In this document: piece after piece, positions 12,553 to 25,814 of the stretch | How the letters are laid out: each line of letters starts with the position of its first letter | How positions within the stretch are numbered: position 1 is the first letter of the stretch | Assembly: GCF_963921235.1 (NCBI RefSeq) | Contig: NC_086097.1 | Location: 222,148,001-222,212,000, forward strand | Length of the DNA stretch: 64,000 nt | Direction of reading: 5' to 3' | Source of the DNA: Mobula hypostoma | Taxonomy: Eukaryota | Notes under the pieces: model-generated | Databases searched by the model: none | What the model was told of the DNA's origin: nothing | What the model saw: only the letters and a program-made list of their open reading frames with translations | Position numbers and translations under genes: made by a program

Positions 12553-14055
12553 ATAGAAACATAGAAACATAGAAAATAGGTGCAGGAGTAGGCCATTCGG
12601 CCCTTCGAGCCTGCACCGCCATTTATTATGATCATGGCTGATCATCCAACTCAGAACCCCACCCCAGCCTTCCCTCCATACCCCCTGATCCCCGTAGCCA
12701 CAAGGGCCATATCTAACTCCCTCTTAAATATAGCCAATGAACTGGCCTCAACTGCTTCCTGTGGCAGAGAATTCCACAGATTCACCACTCTCTGTGTGAA
12801 GAAGTTTTTCCTCATCTCGGTCCTAAAAGGCTTCCCCTTTATCCTCAAACTGTGACCCCTTGTTCTGGACTTCCCCAACATCGGGAACAATCTTCCTGTA
12901 TCTAGCCTGTCCAATCCCTTTAGGATCTTATACGTTTCAATCAGATCCCCCCTCAATCTTCTAAATTCCAACGAGTACAAGCCCAGTTCATCCAGTCTTT
13001 CTTCATATGAAAGTCCTGCCATCCCAGGAATCAATCTGGTGAACCTTCTTTGTACTCCCTCTATGGCAAGGATGTCTTTCCTCAGATTAGGGGACCAAAA
13101 CTGCACACAATACTCCGGGTGTGGTCTCACCAAGGCCTTGTACAACTGCAGTAGTACCTCCCTGCTCCTGTACTCGAATCCTCTCGCTATAAATGCCAGC
13201 ATACCATTCGCCTTTTTCACCGCCTGCTGTACCTGCATGCCCACTTTCAATGACTGGTGTATAATGACACCCAGGTCTCGTTACACCTCCCCTTTTCCTA
13301 ATCGGCCACCATTCAGATAATAATCTGTTTTCCTATTTTTGCCACCAAAGTGGATAACTTCACATTTATCCACATTAAATTGCATCTGCCATGAATTTGC
13401 CCACTCACCCAACCTATCCAAGTCATTCTGCATCCTCTTAGCATCCTCCTCACAGCTAACACTGCCACCCAGCTTCGTGTCATCCGCAAACTTGGAGATG
13501 CTGCATTTAATTCCCTCATCCAAGTCATTAATATATATTGTAAACAACTGGGGTCCCAGCACTGAGCCTTGCGGTACCCCACTAGTCACCGCCTGCCATT
13601 CTGAAAAGGTCCCGTTTATTCCCACTCTTTGCTTCCTGTCTGCTAACCAATTCTCCATCCACATCAATACCTTACCCCCAATACCGTGTGCTTTAAGTTT
13701 GCACACTAATCTCCTGTGTGGGACCTTGTCAAAAGCCTTTTGAAAATCCAAATATACCACATCCACTGGTTCTCCCCTATCCACTCTTCTAGTTACATCC
13801 TCAAAAAATTCTATGAGATTCGTCAGACATGATTTTCCTTTCACAAATCCATGCTGACTTAGTCCGATGATTTCACCGCTTTCCAAATGTGCTGTTATCA
13901 CATCCTTGATAACTGACTCCAGCAGTTTCCCCACCACTGACGTTAGGCTAACCGGTCTATAATTCCCCGGTTTCTCTCTCCCTCCTTTTTTAAAAAGTGG
14001 GGTTACATTAGCCACCCTCCAATCCTCAGGAACTAGTCCAGAATCTAACGAGTTT
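12553..14055 (-). mobile_element. Young 5'-truncated CR1 LINE; RT domain to 3' end with one in-frame stop (13281-13283)
   Basis: ORFs 13281-14072 and 12651-13250 are in one frame; [35 protein letters not shown]; (TTTCTATG)n tail at 12553-12574. Confidence 0.95.
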
Positions 14056-14099
14056 GGTGTCTTTTTTTTCACTTTATTACAGCTGCTTCTCGTGTTTCT

Positions 14100-14720
14100 A
14101 TGTTATCTGCTCATACTCATCGTCCTCAATGCATTCAGTATTAAGAAATAAATCTATCTTCTCCTTGAATATATTTAATAACAAGCTATATTGCCATGAA
14201 TATATTAAATGATAACTTCTGTGGTAAGAATTCCATTGGTTTATAAATACCCAAGTGAAGAAATCTTTTCTGATTTCAATTCTAAATGGCATGTCTCATA
14301 TCCCTAGGCTGTACCCTTGGTCTAGACTTGCAAGTCACTGAGAACACATTTCCTGTATCTAGTCTGTCTATTCCTGCTAAAACTTCATATGCTTCTATGA
14401 CGTCCCCTCACATTCTTCATATCCAATGATCAGGTCTAATTGATCTAATCTCTTCTCCTATATTAGCCCTGCCGTTCCAGGAGAAAGTCCAGTAAATCTT
14501 TGTTGTATTCCCACCAGGACAAAAACATCTGTGCTATGAAAAGAAAATGAAAACTGTGAATAGCACACTGAACAGGATCTCAACAATGCCCTGCAGAATT
14601 GTAGTGATGGATTCTTGCTCCTGAACTAAAATTATCTTGCAGCTAAGGTAATTTCCCTTCTTAACCAGTTGCAGCAGGGAGCCAGACAAAACCCATAGTT
14701 GCTTGGATTGATGCAGGCCA
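14100..14720 (-). mobile_element. Old CR1 3' fragment
   Basis: PFRIEIRKDFFT...WNS...IFKEKIDLFL matches the CR1 ORF2 C-terminus. Confidence 0.7.
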
Positions 14721-15714
14721 ATTAACACAACCCCATGGTCTTAACGTTTGCTGGTGCATATGCAAACATTTCATGGATACTGTTTTGCAAACCATATCTC
14801 TTACTGACAGTAATGTTTTGATTGCAAATGTGCTTTTTTAACAAAAACAATTTTACTGCTTGCAATTTACAGTTTACATTAAGAACTGAAGGCCAGTTCT
14901 TGTTTGAATTAATATCTGCTATATTCACTCTAGAATACTCCTGAACAATCTCCAGTTTTTAAGTTCTTGCAACAAACAATATCATAAATTAACAGGCAGG
15001 CCTGGTGAAATCAATATCCAATTCACAATAGTTCTGCTAATAAAAAGTGTTAGATAATAATTTCAATATTTAACTAAATTAACATTACTTTAGAAGAACT
15101 ATGTATCACATATGTAGCTGTTTTTAATAAGCAATATGTCTCAAGCTTAATTCGTATAAGCTTCAATTGTACTAGAGATACTATTATCCCTTCCTTTACA
15201 AATGCATTTTGAAAATAATATGCTTATTTTGACTTTAGCCAAAAGTATAGGAAGTACAATATTTAATGAAATACAAATGAACGGATATGTCTAATAGCTG
15301 GTTGATCTTGTAATCACCCTTGTAATACTATTCCCTAAAGTTAAAATTATCATACTACTGCAGAGATTAATCATTTTCAATGCTTGTTTGTTAAATATCT
15401 TATAACATCAAAAAATAAATAACTGATGATATTCTAAGATTGAAAGGGATCTGTGATATTGTGAACCAGCAGGATCTTTTCCTTGCATTTGAACTTGCAT
15501 TTTGTGGAATTTGACAGACAAGATTTCCCAATTTCCTATTGATCACCAAGGTACTGGGTAAATTTCGTTTCAAAATTATACTACAGTTTAGCTCCAACTG
15601 AAATTAGAGTGAGAGGTCATTATTGGTGACATAGCGCATGGTTTAAAAAGAAATCTGGTGCTTTAGGCTCTTTTTGGTAAGCTGTAATCAGCGATGAACC
15701 AATAAAAAGAATGG

Positions 15715-17720
15715 AGGTGTAAATGGAGCAGCCACTGTGTGAGTGGGCAGTGTTAGATTGGCCAGGCTTCTGCCCAGCAGGCTTACGTGAGAATAGGTTT
15801 GGGCAAACACAGGCAGAAGTTCTAAGTAGGTAAGTACCTTTCTAGTAAGCTATTCTTTTCTGCTATTACATACTGTTGCTAGTGTGCTGAGAATGGTACA
15901 GGTTTGCGGTTTGTTCCTTGTGTGAGATGTGTAAACTCTGAAAGACCTCCAGTCACCCTGATAACTACATTTGAATGAAGGAGTTGCAGCTCCTTAGAGG
16001 CTAAGTTAAGGAACTGGAACTCCAGCTCAATGACCTTTGGCTCAGACAGGAAAATGAGGAAGTGATAGATAGGAGCTACAGGGAAGTAGTCGCCCCTAAG
16101 TTGCAGGAGGGAAAAACCTAGGTGACTGTCAAGAGAGTGAAGGGAATAATCACTGAGTGCAGAATATCCCCTATGGCCATTCCTCTCAATAATAAGAATA
16201 CTGCTTTGAATACTAGTGTGAGGGATGACTTACTGGGGGAAGCCACAGCGACCAGGTCTCTGGCACTGTGGCTCGGATGGGGGGGGGGGGCTGGGGGAGA
16301 AGAGAATTACAGTAATGATAGGGGATTGCATAATTGGAGGAGCAGACAGCAATTTCTGTGGACATAAAAGATACACCCAGATGATATGTTGCCTCCCAAG
16401 TGCCAGGGTCAAGGATGTCTCGGTCCATGGCATTCTAGAGGAGTGAACAGCTGAAAGTTGCGGTACATATTGGTACCAATGACATTAGTAGGAAAGGAGA
16501 GCAGTTCCTGAAGAGAGAATATAGGGAGTTAGGCAGAAAACTGAAAAGCTGGACCTCCAGGGTAATAATATCTGGATGACTGCCTGTGTCACATGTCGAT
16601 GAGGGTAAGAATGGGTTGATTTGACAGATATTTGACAGACTGTGTGTCTGAGGAATTGGTCCATGGGTGGGGTTTCAGATTACTGGATTATTGGGGTCTC
16701 TTCTGAAGAAGGTATGATCTGTACAAAAAGGACGGTTTACGCCTGAACCCAAGAGGAACCAATATCCTTTTGGGCAGATTTGCTAGAGCTGTGGGAGAAG
16801 GTTTAAACTAAGTTGGCAGGGGGATGGAAACTGGAGAGATAGGGCTGAGGTTGGGGCAGTTGGTATAAACCTGGATGCAGTGTGCGGTGAGACTGTGAGG
16901 AAGGACAGGCAGGTGTAGGGCAAAATTACAGTCAGTGGGATGAGTTGAAGTGAAAGGGGGTCTGAATCAAAATGGATGATGAATATAGGGCTGACGGTGT
17001 CATATTTGAATGCATGTAGTACATATAATAAGGAAGATAGATGATCTTGTCGTTCATTTAGATATGCTGCTATGACGATGTGGGCTTCTCAAGTCGTGTC
17101 TGAAAGAAGATCGTAATAGAGAGCTTAATATCCAAGTATAAACACTGTATCGAAAGGACAGGCAGGTAGACAGAGGGGGTGGAGTGGTAAAAATCAAAAC
17201 AAATCCTTAGAAAGAGATGACATAGAATTGGAAGATGCTGAATCCTTGCAGGTAGGGTTGAGAAACTGCAACGGTACAAAGACACTGATGGGAGTTATAT
17301 ACAGGCCGCTGAATAATAGCTAGGGTGTGGGATGTAAGTCATCATGTCAAATAGAAAAGGCATGTAATGGGAGTATGGTAATAGGCCCATTGTATTACAG
17401 GAAAGATACTAGTCTGGATAGATAACTGGTTAAGTGGCAGGAGGCAAAGTGTGGGAATAAAGGGAGCCTCTCTGGTTGACCGGTGGTGTTCCACAGCGGT
17501 CGGGGTTAGGACTCATTCTTTTCACGTTATATGTCAATGATTTGGATGATGGAATTGATGGCTGTGTGACCAGAGAATGCTGTGTAAATATAGAATGAGC
17601 TGCCATAAGAGATGGCAGAAACAGATACAATTACAATGTTTAAGAACCTTTCGGACAGTTGCACGCATAGGGAAGATTTGGAGGGCCATAGACCAAACAC
17701 AGGTAAATAGAATCATCTTA
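15715..17720 (+). mobile_element. Degenerate, internally deleted CR1 (5' UTR, ORF1 esterase, APE and RT scraps)
   Basis: MIGDCII, CCLPSARVKDVS, HIGTND and KKDGL.LNPRGTN with many stops and frameshifts. Confidence 0.85.
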
Positions 17721-18314
17721 GGCAAGAAGATTGGTTGGCATGTTTCTGTACCTTATAAGTCTTTAAATGAATCTATGAATGGAATCTGTGAAGATCAAAA
17801 TTAAGTATCATTGGGAATCCATAAATTCAGATATACTGTAGGTTTCAACGATGCACATTGCTTTACAGTAAGTGCGAAAAGTTATAGATCTCAAACTTTT
17901 AACCCATTTCCTGCTGGGATTTCAGAAATAAAAGCCATTACCTTTGATGATGTCATTGCATGCATGACATGCAATAGAAAAATACAAGAACGTAGCCAGA
18001 CCACAGTGTGACTTACACCAGAAATAGGCAGAATCATTAAAACAAAAGCATTTTGTACAACTTCTGCTGTACAATTTTTGCATTACAAAGACACTGGTAT
18101 GTTTTAAGTAATCCAGTTACTATTGCCAGCAGAGTGTTAATTTAACATTAAACCATTTGATTTGGAGAAAAAATGTTGAAGCAACCGCAAAAAAAATTAA
18201 AGGATCACCTTATTATGAACACATTGCATCACATGCCTCCTTCAATAATTGTGCTTTTGCTTTCCAAGGCAGAAAGTACAATTACAAGAAATGAACAGTG
18301 ATTCAATGAAAGAT

Positions 18315-18623
18315 GGGTACACCATAGTGTAGCGGTTAGAATGATACTATTACAGCTCGATGTGGCGGAGTTCAAAGTTCGATCCTGGCATCCTCTGTAA
18401 TGAGTCACTATATGTCCTTCCTGTGGAATGCGTGAGTTTTCTCCAGATCCTTCAGTTTCCACCCACTGTCCAAAGACATACTGGGTAAGTTAATTTGTTA
18501 TTGTAAATTGTCCTGTGATTAGATTCGGGTTAAATCAGGTTTTGCAGGGGTTGCTGGCCAGTGCGTCTCAAGGGGCAGAAGAGCCTATTCTGCTCTGTAT
18601 CTCTAAATAAAATGAAATAAAAT
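18315..18623 (+). mobile_element. tRNA-derived V-SINE (HE1-like)
   Basis: A-box-like TAGTGTAGCGG, B-box GTTCGATCC, V-domain-like GTTTCCACCCACTGTCCAAAGACAT...ATTGTAAATTGTCC, CR1-like tail ending (TAAAA)n. Confidence 0.8.
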
Positions 18624-18897
18624 ATTCTTTAATCGCTTACTACCAGTGAAACATTGCATTTGCATCATAAGCAGATCTGAGAACCATGGTTGAATATTGC
18701 TCTCCTAATTCTGTTTCCCTGCTGTGAGTGCAGGAACACATCCTGATCCTCATGGTGCATTCTGAAGTTGTAATTTACTACAGTAACATCACGTGAAGTA
18801 AATTAGTATTGTCTGTCACATTCTAATTATCGAAGAAAGTGAAGGATTTTCCAAATGGATTATTTATTGATGGAAACCTAGATCTGTGTATTGTCTG

Positions 18898-19633
18898 TGT
18901 AGCACCCCCCCCCCCCCCCCCCCGGCAAGCCTCAGGGTCACACAACTCGCTGTCATCTAGGGAAACAGCCCTTGGCCCTACTAAACTGGGTAATTAAGTT
19001 TGTGTGCATGCTGTGTGATGTACCCCACCTCGCCAAATAACAGACGATACACCATATATGATTTAAATGAATTACAGTTTATAGATATTACTGGAACTAT
19101 ATAATTAATAGAGATAAAATATAAAAGGACAATAAAAGGCGCCGCACTTATCAAAGTTCAATCTCTTCATACACAAACAGTTGGAGTTCTAGTAACGATG
19201 CTCGCTTCACCATTTGATCCCCTCTAACTATCTCTCAACCTGCCGCCTGGGACCAACTACGGTGGTCGACCAGCCGTTCCACACGAGTCTGTCTCCGTCT
19301 CCTCTCCTCGCCGAAAACCCTGGACCTCGGACTCCTGCTCGGGGTCCGACCCCGTTAGCCGGCTCACAGCACCTTGTCCGTTCACTTTCTCTCTCTCTCG
19401 TGCCTTCTGCCCAAAAACCCGCCCATCACAATAACTTACAGACACACTAGAAAGAATAACATCTATCCCAATTGATTTGTTTGTTCTATTATCAATAACA
19501 TAACCCAAACAAGCTGCTAGTGAGAGAACTTTCTCAGAATTTAACATAAAAAAGAAGCCGTTTTAATTATAACATAACAAAGAAGCCATTTTAATTAGCC
19601 TATGCAGTAACATAAAAGAAGAAATCTCTTACA
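18898..19633. mobile_element. Solo LTR, 736 bp
   Basis: Begins TGTAG, ends TTACA; perfect 4-bp TSD TCTG at 18894-18897 and 19634-19637; no internal coding region. Confidence 0.85.
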
Positions 19634-19969
19634 TCTGATTATCACAATGAATTACAGGATTAAAGTTAGACACTTTAGCAGAACCTGAAATCTGATGATT
19701 AATTAAAATATGTTAAGAATTTATAAACATCAATATAACCAGCAAATATTTGACAGAAAGAGGGTGTTAATTAAAATGATGTTGGGAGTCAATATGACAC
19801 CCATTTAGCAGCCCCATGCTCTTCCATTTTCACTGCTCTAACACCGACAGCATGATGGCAACACACTCTTTTCAAAATTCAAGACATCATTATTTTAATT
19901 GCCTAAAATACGAGGCGTGCACAATGCGAAACTTGCCAGTTGAACCTAGTGACTCACTTAATCACTACC

Positions 19970-21246
19970 TCAGTATAGCAACATGATGACCACTGAACTG
20001 CAATCGACATTTTTTTGGGTTCTAAATCTGTTCTTTCTTGCAGAAAATTGTGCAAAATTTATGAATAATTCATGTTTTTCTTGCGAGGTTGTGTACTTGA
20101 TTTGACATGCCTGTGATGCTGCTGCTCCAAGGAAGTTTTTTGTATAATTGTACATATGACAACACTACACATTGACTGTGATGAAGTGCTTTGAGAGGTT
20201 GGTGATGAAACATACAACTCCTACCTGAGAAGTATCCTGGATCTGCTCCAAATTGTCTACCATCACAACAGGTCAACAGCAGGTGCCATTTCATTGGTTC
20301 TTCACTCAATCTTAGAACATCTGGACAAAACGATACATACATCATTCATTGACTACAGCTTGGAATTCAATAATATCATCCTCTAAAAATTAATCAATAA
20401 GCTTCAAGACCCAGGACTTGAAGACCTAGGCCTCATGACACCACTGTCGTTGGCCGAATCAAAGGCAAGGAATCAGCATATAGGAGGGAGATTGAAAATC
20501 TGAGTGAGTGGTGCCACATTAACAACCTCTCAGTCAATGTCAGTCAGACCAAGGAGCAGAAAATTGACTTCAGGAGGAGGAAACCAGGTGTCCATGAGTC
20601 AGTCCTCATTGGGGGAATCAGAGGTGGAGAGAGTTTTTATTAGTTCAGCGGTCTTGTGCTGGGTGCATGGCAGTGTCTCTTCTTTCTTAGAAGTTTACAA
20701 AGATCTAGCATGTAATCTAAACACTTGACAAACTTCTCTAGAAGTGTGGTGAAGAGTATATTGATTGGTTGCACCACGGCCTCGTATGGAAACATCCAGG
20801 CCATGCTTTCTTCTCATTGCTGCCATCAGAAAGAAGGTACAGGAGCCTCAGGACCCAAACCATGAGGTTCAGGCACAGTTGTTACCTCTTAACCATCAGG
20901 CTCTTGAACCAAAGAGGATAACTTCACTCAACTTCACTTGTCCATCACTGAACTGTTTCTGCAATCTATGGATTCACTTTCAAGGACTCTTTAACTCATG
21001 TTCTCGATATGTATTGCCTATTTATTTATTAATATTATTACTTCAGTTTTCTTTCTTTCTTTATTTTTGAATTTGCAGTTTGTTGTCTTTTGCGCATTGA
21101 TTGTTTGTCCATCTTGTTGGGAGTGGTCTTTCATTGATTCTATTGTGTTTCTTGTACTTATTGTTAATGCTCACAAGGAAATGAATCTCGGGGTTATATT
21201 TGATGACATATACAGTATGAACTTTGAGAATAAATTTACTTTGAAA
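19970..21246 (+). mobile_element. Degenerate Rex1/Babar LINE fragments
   Basis: Decayed MKCFERLVMKHI, FIDYS..FN.I.P and RT C-terminal sequence, followed by the 3' UTR ending AATAAATTTACTTTGAA. Confidence 0.75.
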
Positions 21247-21500
21247 TTTTGGCTTTCATTTTTGACTTTAGAGTAACCATGACCAGGAAAGAGCCAGCAA
21301 GATACAATGCTTTTCTATTATACGTCTGTAATTGTTCTTCAGATAATTTTACCCATGGCTTTGAGGCAACAGGATCCATTCTTCCTGTCCCATTAAAGAA
21401 ATCTCCAAACCCTCCTCTTAACTTTCTCTCTTCTTTAGCTGTGAGTGGACTGAATCCCTAAACTGCAGGAAAAGTGCAAGAAAGTGACAGGTCACATATA

Positions 21501-22821
21501 CAGGTGGCCCCTGTTTTCTGAACGTTCGCTTTACCACACCTCGCTATTATGAAAGACCGACATTAGTTACCTGTTTTCGCTAACAGAACACTGTTACGAA
21601 AAAAAGCAGCGCATGCCCAAACGGCCAAGCTCCTCCCCCGGAACTGCATTCTAACCGGCATTGCTTAACCATGTGCTTTATTTTGTGCATCCGTTAGCAA
21701 GATGAGTTCTAAGGTATCAGAAAACCCTAAAAGAGCTCGTAAGGGTGTTACGCTTAGCGTAAAACTAGACATAATTAAGCGTTTCGATCATGGTGAACGA
21801 AGTAAGGACATTGTCTGCACATTGAACTTGCCTGCAACCACCATTTGCACTGTTTATACGCAGAGAGTAAGAATTTTGAAAGCTGCTGATGTTACTGTTG
21901 GTTTTGCTTGTAGCTCTTAGTCGGCATCCAATCATGGGTAAAATGGAAAGTCTATTGTTTGAGTGGATTGATGGTTGTACAAAGCATGGTGTTCCATTAA
22001 GTTTTCTTATAGTTAAGGAGAAATCAGTCCGACTTTTTAATAAGCTGAAACAGAAAGCACTGGACGATGGTAATGAAAGTGTTGCGAAAGTGGAATTTAA
22101 AGGTAGTCATGGGTGGTTTGATCGGTTTCTGAGGCAAGGGCAGCTTCATAGTTTAAACAGTGGTCCCCAACCTCCAGGCCGCGAACCGATACATTGCCGC
22201 GAAGAATGCAGTGGTGCAGCGGTAGTCGGAACGCACCCGGCACATATTTCAGAAAAAAGCTGAAATAAACGAGCTAATTAATTAGGTGCCGCCCGGCACA
22301 TAAATGTCGGCCCAGATCAGAGGCGATTGCCGATTGCGTCAGGTGGTTATTCATATAAGAAAGTGTTTAACTGTGATGAAACCACAATTTATTGGAGTCT
22401 TCCTGATTCCGGTAAGTGAAACTACACTGTACATACATTATTTCTACTTTATATAGGCTGCGTATTTTTATGTGTTATTTGGTGTGATTTGGCAGCTTCG
22501 TAGCTTAAAGGTTACTGGAGGGTGTTTCTGCCAAGAGCACTTGCGCAAGATTTTCGCTGCACTAGACAGTGCTGCAGAAAAGTATTTCTGCTTTATATAG
22601 GCTGTGTATTTATCATATCATTCCTGCTTTTACTATATCTTACTGTTATTTTAGGTTTTATGTGTTATTTGGCATGATTCTGTAGGTTATTTTTTGGGTC
22701 TGGGAATGCTCAAGAATTTTTCCCATATTAATAAATGGTAATTGCTTATTCACTTTATGACGTTCCGGTTTACGAACCGTTTCATAGGAACGCTCTACCT
22801 TCGGATAGCGGGGGAAACCTG
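21501..22821 (+). mobile_element. Tigger/pogo (Tc1-mariner) DNA transposon, internally deleted, copy 1
   Basis: TA flanks (21499-21500, 22822-22823); imperfect CAGGT..CCCC terminal inverted repeats; frameshifted CENP-B-type HTH ORFs 21702-21920 and 21889-22263 (KLDIIKRFD.GE, FKGSHGWFDRF); FNCDET remnant near 22366-22383. Confidence 0.9.
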
Positions 22822-23344
22822 TATAAGTGACCGGAAGAGGAAGGCTGGAAGAACACGAAGCAGACAATAAATAATAAGAAAGTGTGTGGCTAAGTATGTA
22901 CATTGGAGAGTGTGGTGTGTAAATGGGAAGGAAGCGAAAGGCAATTTGATGAGGGAGTAAGAGGCAGAGTAAAAACAAAGCAAGAGAATATTTTTCAGAC
23001 TTCCAAAATGGTAGGAAAAAATCACAATAGTGAGCTAATTGGCTGGTGAGTGTCAGATGGTTTGTGTTTATCGAAATTAGAGCAGAATTCTACAACTAGG
23101 TACTCAAGTTGTGCAACAGCATTCATAGATTCATAGTGGCAAATAATTAGTAGACTCGAGAGGGAGTATAGCTGCTTTAATCAAATGTTCCAGTTCAAGA
23201 GTGTTTACCTACAAGATTAGGCTGCACAACCTGTCGTTATATTTCATGCAACTAAAATGGTTGAGAGAAAATTTGGGAGATGTGTACAGTATGATGTCAT
23301 CTTTATACAGCGCAAACAGAGCTATTTACACTAGCAGACATATG

Positions 23345-23690
23345 AATATGAATATGAATCAAAATCAGATTTAATATCAGTGACCTATGTTATGACATTT
23401 GTTCTTTTGTGTCAGCAGTACAGTGCAAAACATAACAATGTTTAAAATAAATAGCGCAAAAGAGGAATAGTAGGGCTCCTGGACTGTTCAGAAATCTGAT
23501 GGCACCGAGGAAGAAGCTGTTCCTACAATGCTGAGTTTGGGTCTTCAGGCTCTTTTACCTCCTCCCTAATGGTAGTCATGAGAAGAGGGTATGTCCCAGG
23601 TGGTGAAAGTTCTTAGTGATGGATGCCGCCATCCTGAGGCACTCACTTTTGAAAATGTCCTCGATAGTGGACAGGCTTGTGCCCTACCAT
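23345..23690 (-). mobile_element. Rex1/Babar LINE 3' fragment
   Basis: (ATTCAT)/(ATTCTG)-type tail and decayed KAASI.KD..HPGH.LFS.LP.GRR coding sequence on the minus strand. Confidence 0.7.
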
Positions 23691-24589
23691 CAAAGATATC
23701 TCTGCTGCGGAAAACTTTCATATTCTCTGTCTTTCTCCATTCAGGTCTTGGATCTGAAATGTTAGTTATTGCTCTTTCCATGGGTGCTGCCTAACCATCC
23801 CACCTGAAATTAGCTGAATGAATAGGATTTAATAGATCTCTGTTGTGAATTCTAACCTATATAAAAGCCTCTTTTGCAAGCTGTGAGAGACAGAGTAGAA
23901 AAGTGAGTGAGAGGGAGAAGGAGAGTCAATGACGTCCATTCAAGAAGGAAGAGAGATTTGAAATGAACACTCACTGAAGAGAAATGTAATAGCAATGAGA
24001 GAGCTAAACGTGTGGTAGGAAGTTGAATGGATAGTGAGAAAATTGGGATTCAATGAATGTGAGGGGCTATAGAAGATACGAAGAGGGGTGGGGATGAGGG
24101 GATGTGAGTTGAGAATGAAAACAGGGTCATCGAAGATGTCCTACACACGTAGGCTGCCATACCCACCTCCAGTAAAAAAACATTGTCCTATGCACCGTAA
24201 CAGAATGGCAAGATGCCTATTTAAAGAAAGGTGTGAAAACAGGATGAATTCAACTTTCCCAATATAGGCTGGGACCTCCTCAGTGCAAGAGGATTGGATG
24301 GGGCAGAGATTGTTAGGTGTGTCTGGAAGGTATTCTGTATATACACCAGTATCTACCAAGGAGTAGGACGTGGAGTAGGGAGATCGGTGTGCAGCATACG
24401 AATATACTAGGGCATTTCGAGATAAAGAAAGAGGTAGTGTTGGGCTCTTAAAGAACATTAGTGTGATGTCCTCAGGGCCTAATTGGATATACACCAGGTA
24501 ATTGAGAGAGGCAGGAGATGAGATTGCTGGGGCCTTGACCAATATCTTTGTGTCCTCTTCAACCTCAGATTTTGTCGCAGAGAACTGGT

Positions 24590-25378
24590 GGCTGTGTTGC
24601 AGGCACAGCTCAAACACAGTCTATAAATTTGCCAGCAACACAGCTACTGTTGCAGAATTTCAGATGATGATGAGGAGGCGTACAGGGCTGAGATAGGCCA
24701 GCTGTTGTCACAGCAACAACATCGGTAAGACCAAAGAATTGATTGTAGACTTCAGGAAGGGGAATTCGAGGGAACACACACCAGTCCTCATCAACGGATC
24801 AGCAGCAGAAAGAGTGAGCAGTTTCAAGTTCTTGCAATTCTACATCACTAAGGATCTATACTGGGCCCAACATACTGATGAATTACAAAGAAGGCATGAC
24901 AGCAGCTATATCTCACTTGGAGTTTGAGGAGATTCGGTACGTTACAAATTTCTACAGAACATTCTAACTGTCTGGTATGGAGCGGCCATTGCACAGGATC
25001 AGAATAAGCTGCCAGCAAGTTGTAAACTCAGCCAGCTCCATCATGGGCACTAGGCAGTATCGTTCATTAAGGACCTCCATCACCCAGGACATGCCCTCTT
25101 CTCGTTACTGCCATCACAGAGGAGGCTCAGAGCCTGAAGACTCAGACTCAGTATTTCAGGAACAGCTTCTTCCCCTCTGCCATCGGATTTCTGAATGGAC
25201 AATGAACCCGTGCACACTTCCTTTCCCTCTCTTTTTACACCATTTATTTGTTCTTTTTAATATATACTTATTGTAATTTATAGCTTTTATTATTATGAGT
25301 GCAAAGCACTGCTGCCACAAAACAACAAATTTCATGACATTTGCTGGTGATATTAAACCTGATTCTAATTTTGATTCT
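24590..25378 (+). mobile_element. Rex1/Babar LINE 3' half nested in CR1
   Basis: TKELIVDFRKG, VSSFKFL, (GATTCT)n tail near 25360-25378. Confidence 0.8.
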
Positions 25379-25814
25379 ATATTGTTCCATAGTTCAAGAA
25401 GGGAAATAAGGACTATCCTGGGAATTATAGACTAGAGAGTCTCACATCAGTGGTAGGGGAAATTACTGGAGTGGATTCTGAAGGATATAATTTATGAGCA
25501 TTTGGATAACTATGGCCTAATTAAGGAGAGCCAGCTTGGCTTTGTGAGGGGCAAGTTGTGTCTGACTAACATGACGGAGATTTTCAGGGAGGTGATAGAG
25601 GTGACTGATGAAGGTCAATTTGTGCATGTTATCTACATCGATTTTAATAAGGTTTTACAAGCCTCCTCTTGGTGGGCTCATCCAGAATATTAAAAAGCAC
25701 AGGATTTGAAGGCTGCTTGGATTCTGAATTAGTTTGCCCACAGAAGCCAAAGAGAAATAGTGGATGGCCAGAGGTCCGTGACTGTTGGTGTTTCACAGGG
25801 ATCTATGCTGAGAC

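Noticed and set aside
13039..13743. Plus-strand ORFs of 93 and 134 aa (also 34753-34995)
   Set aside because: Antisense shadows of CR1 ORF2.
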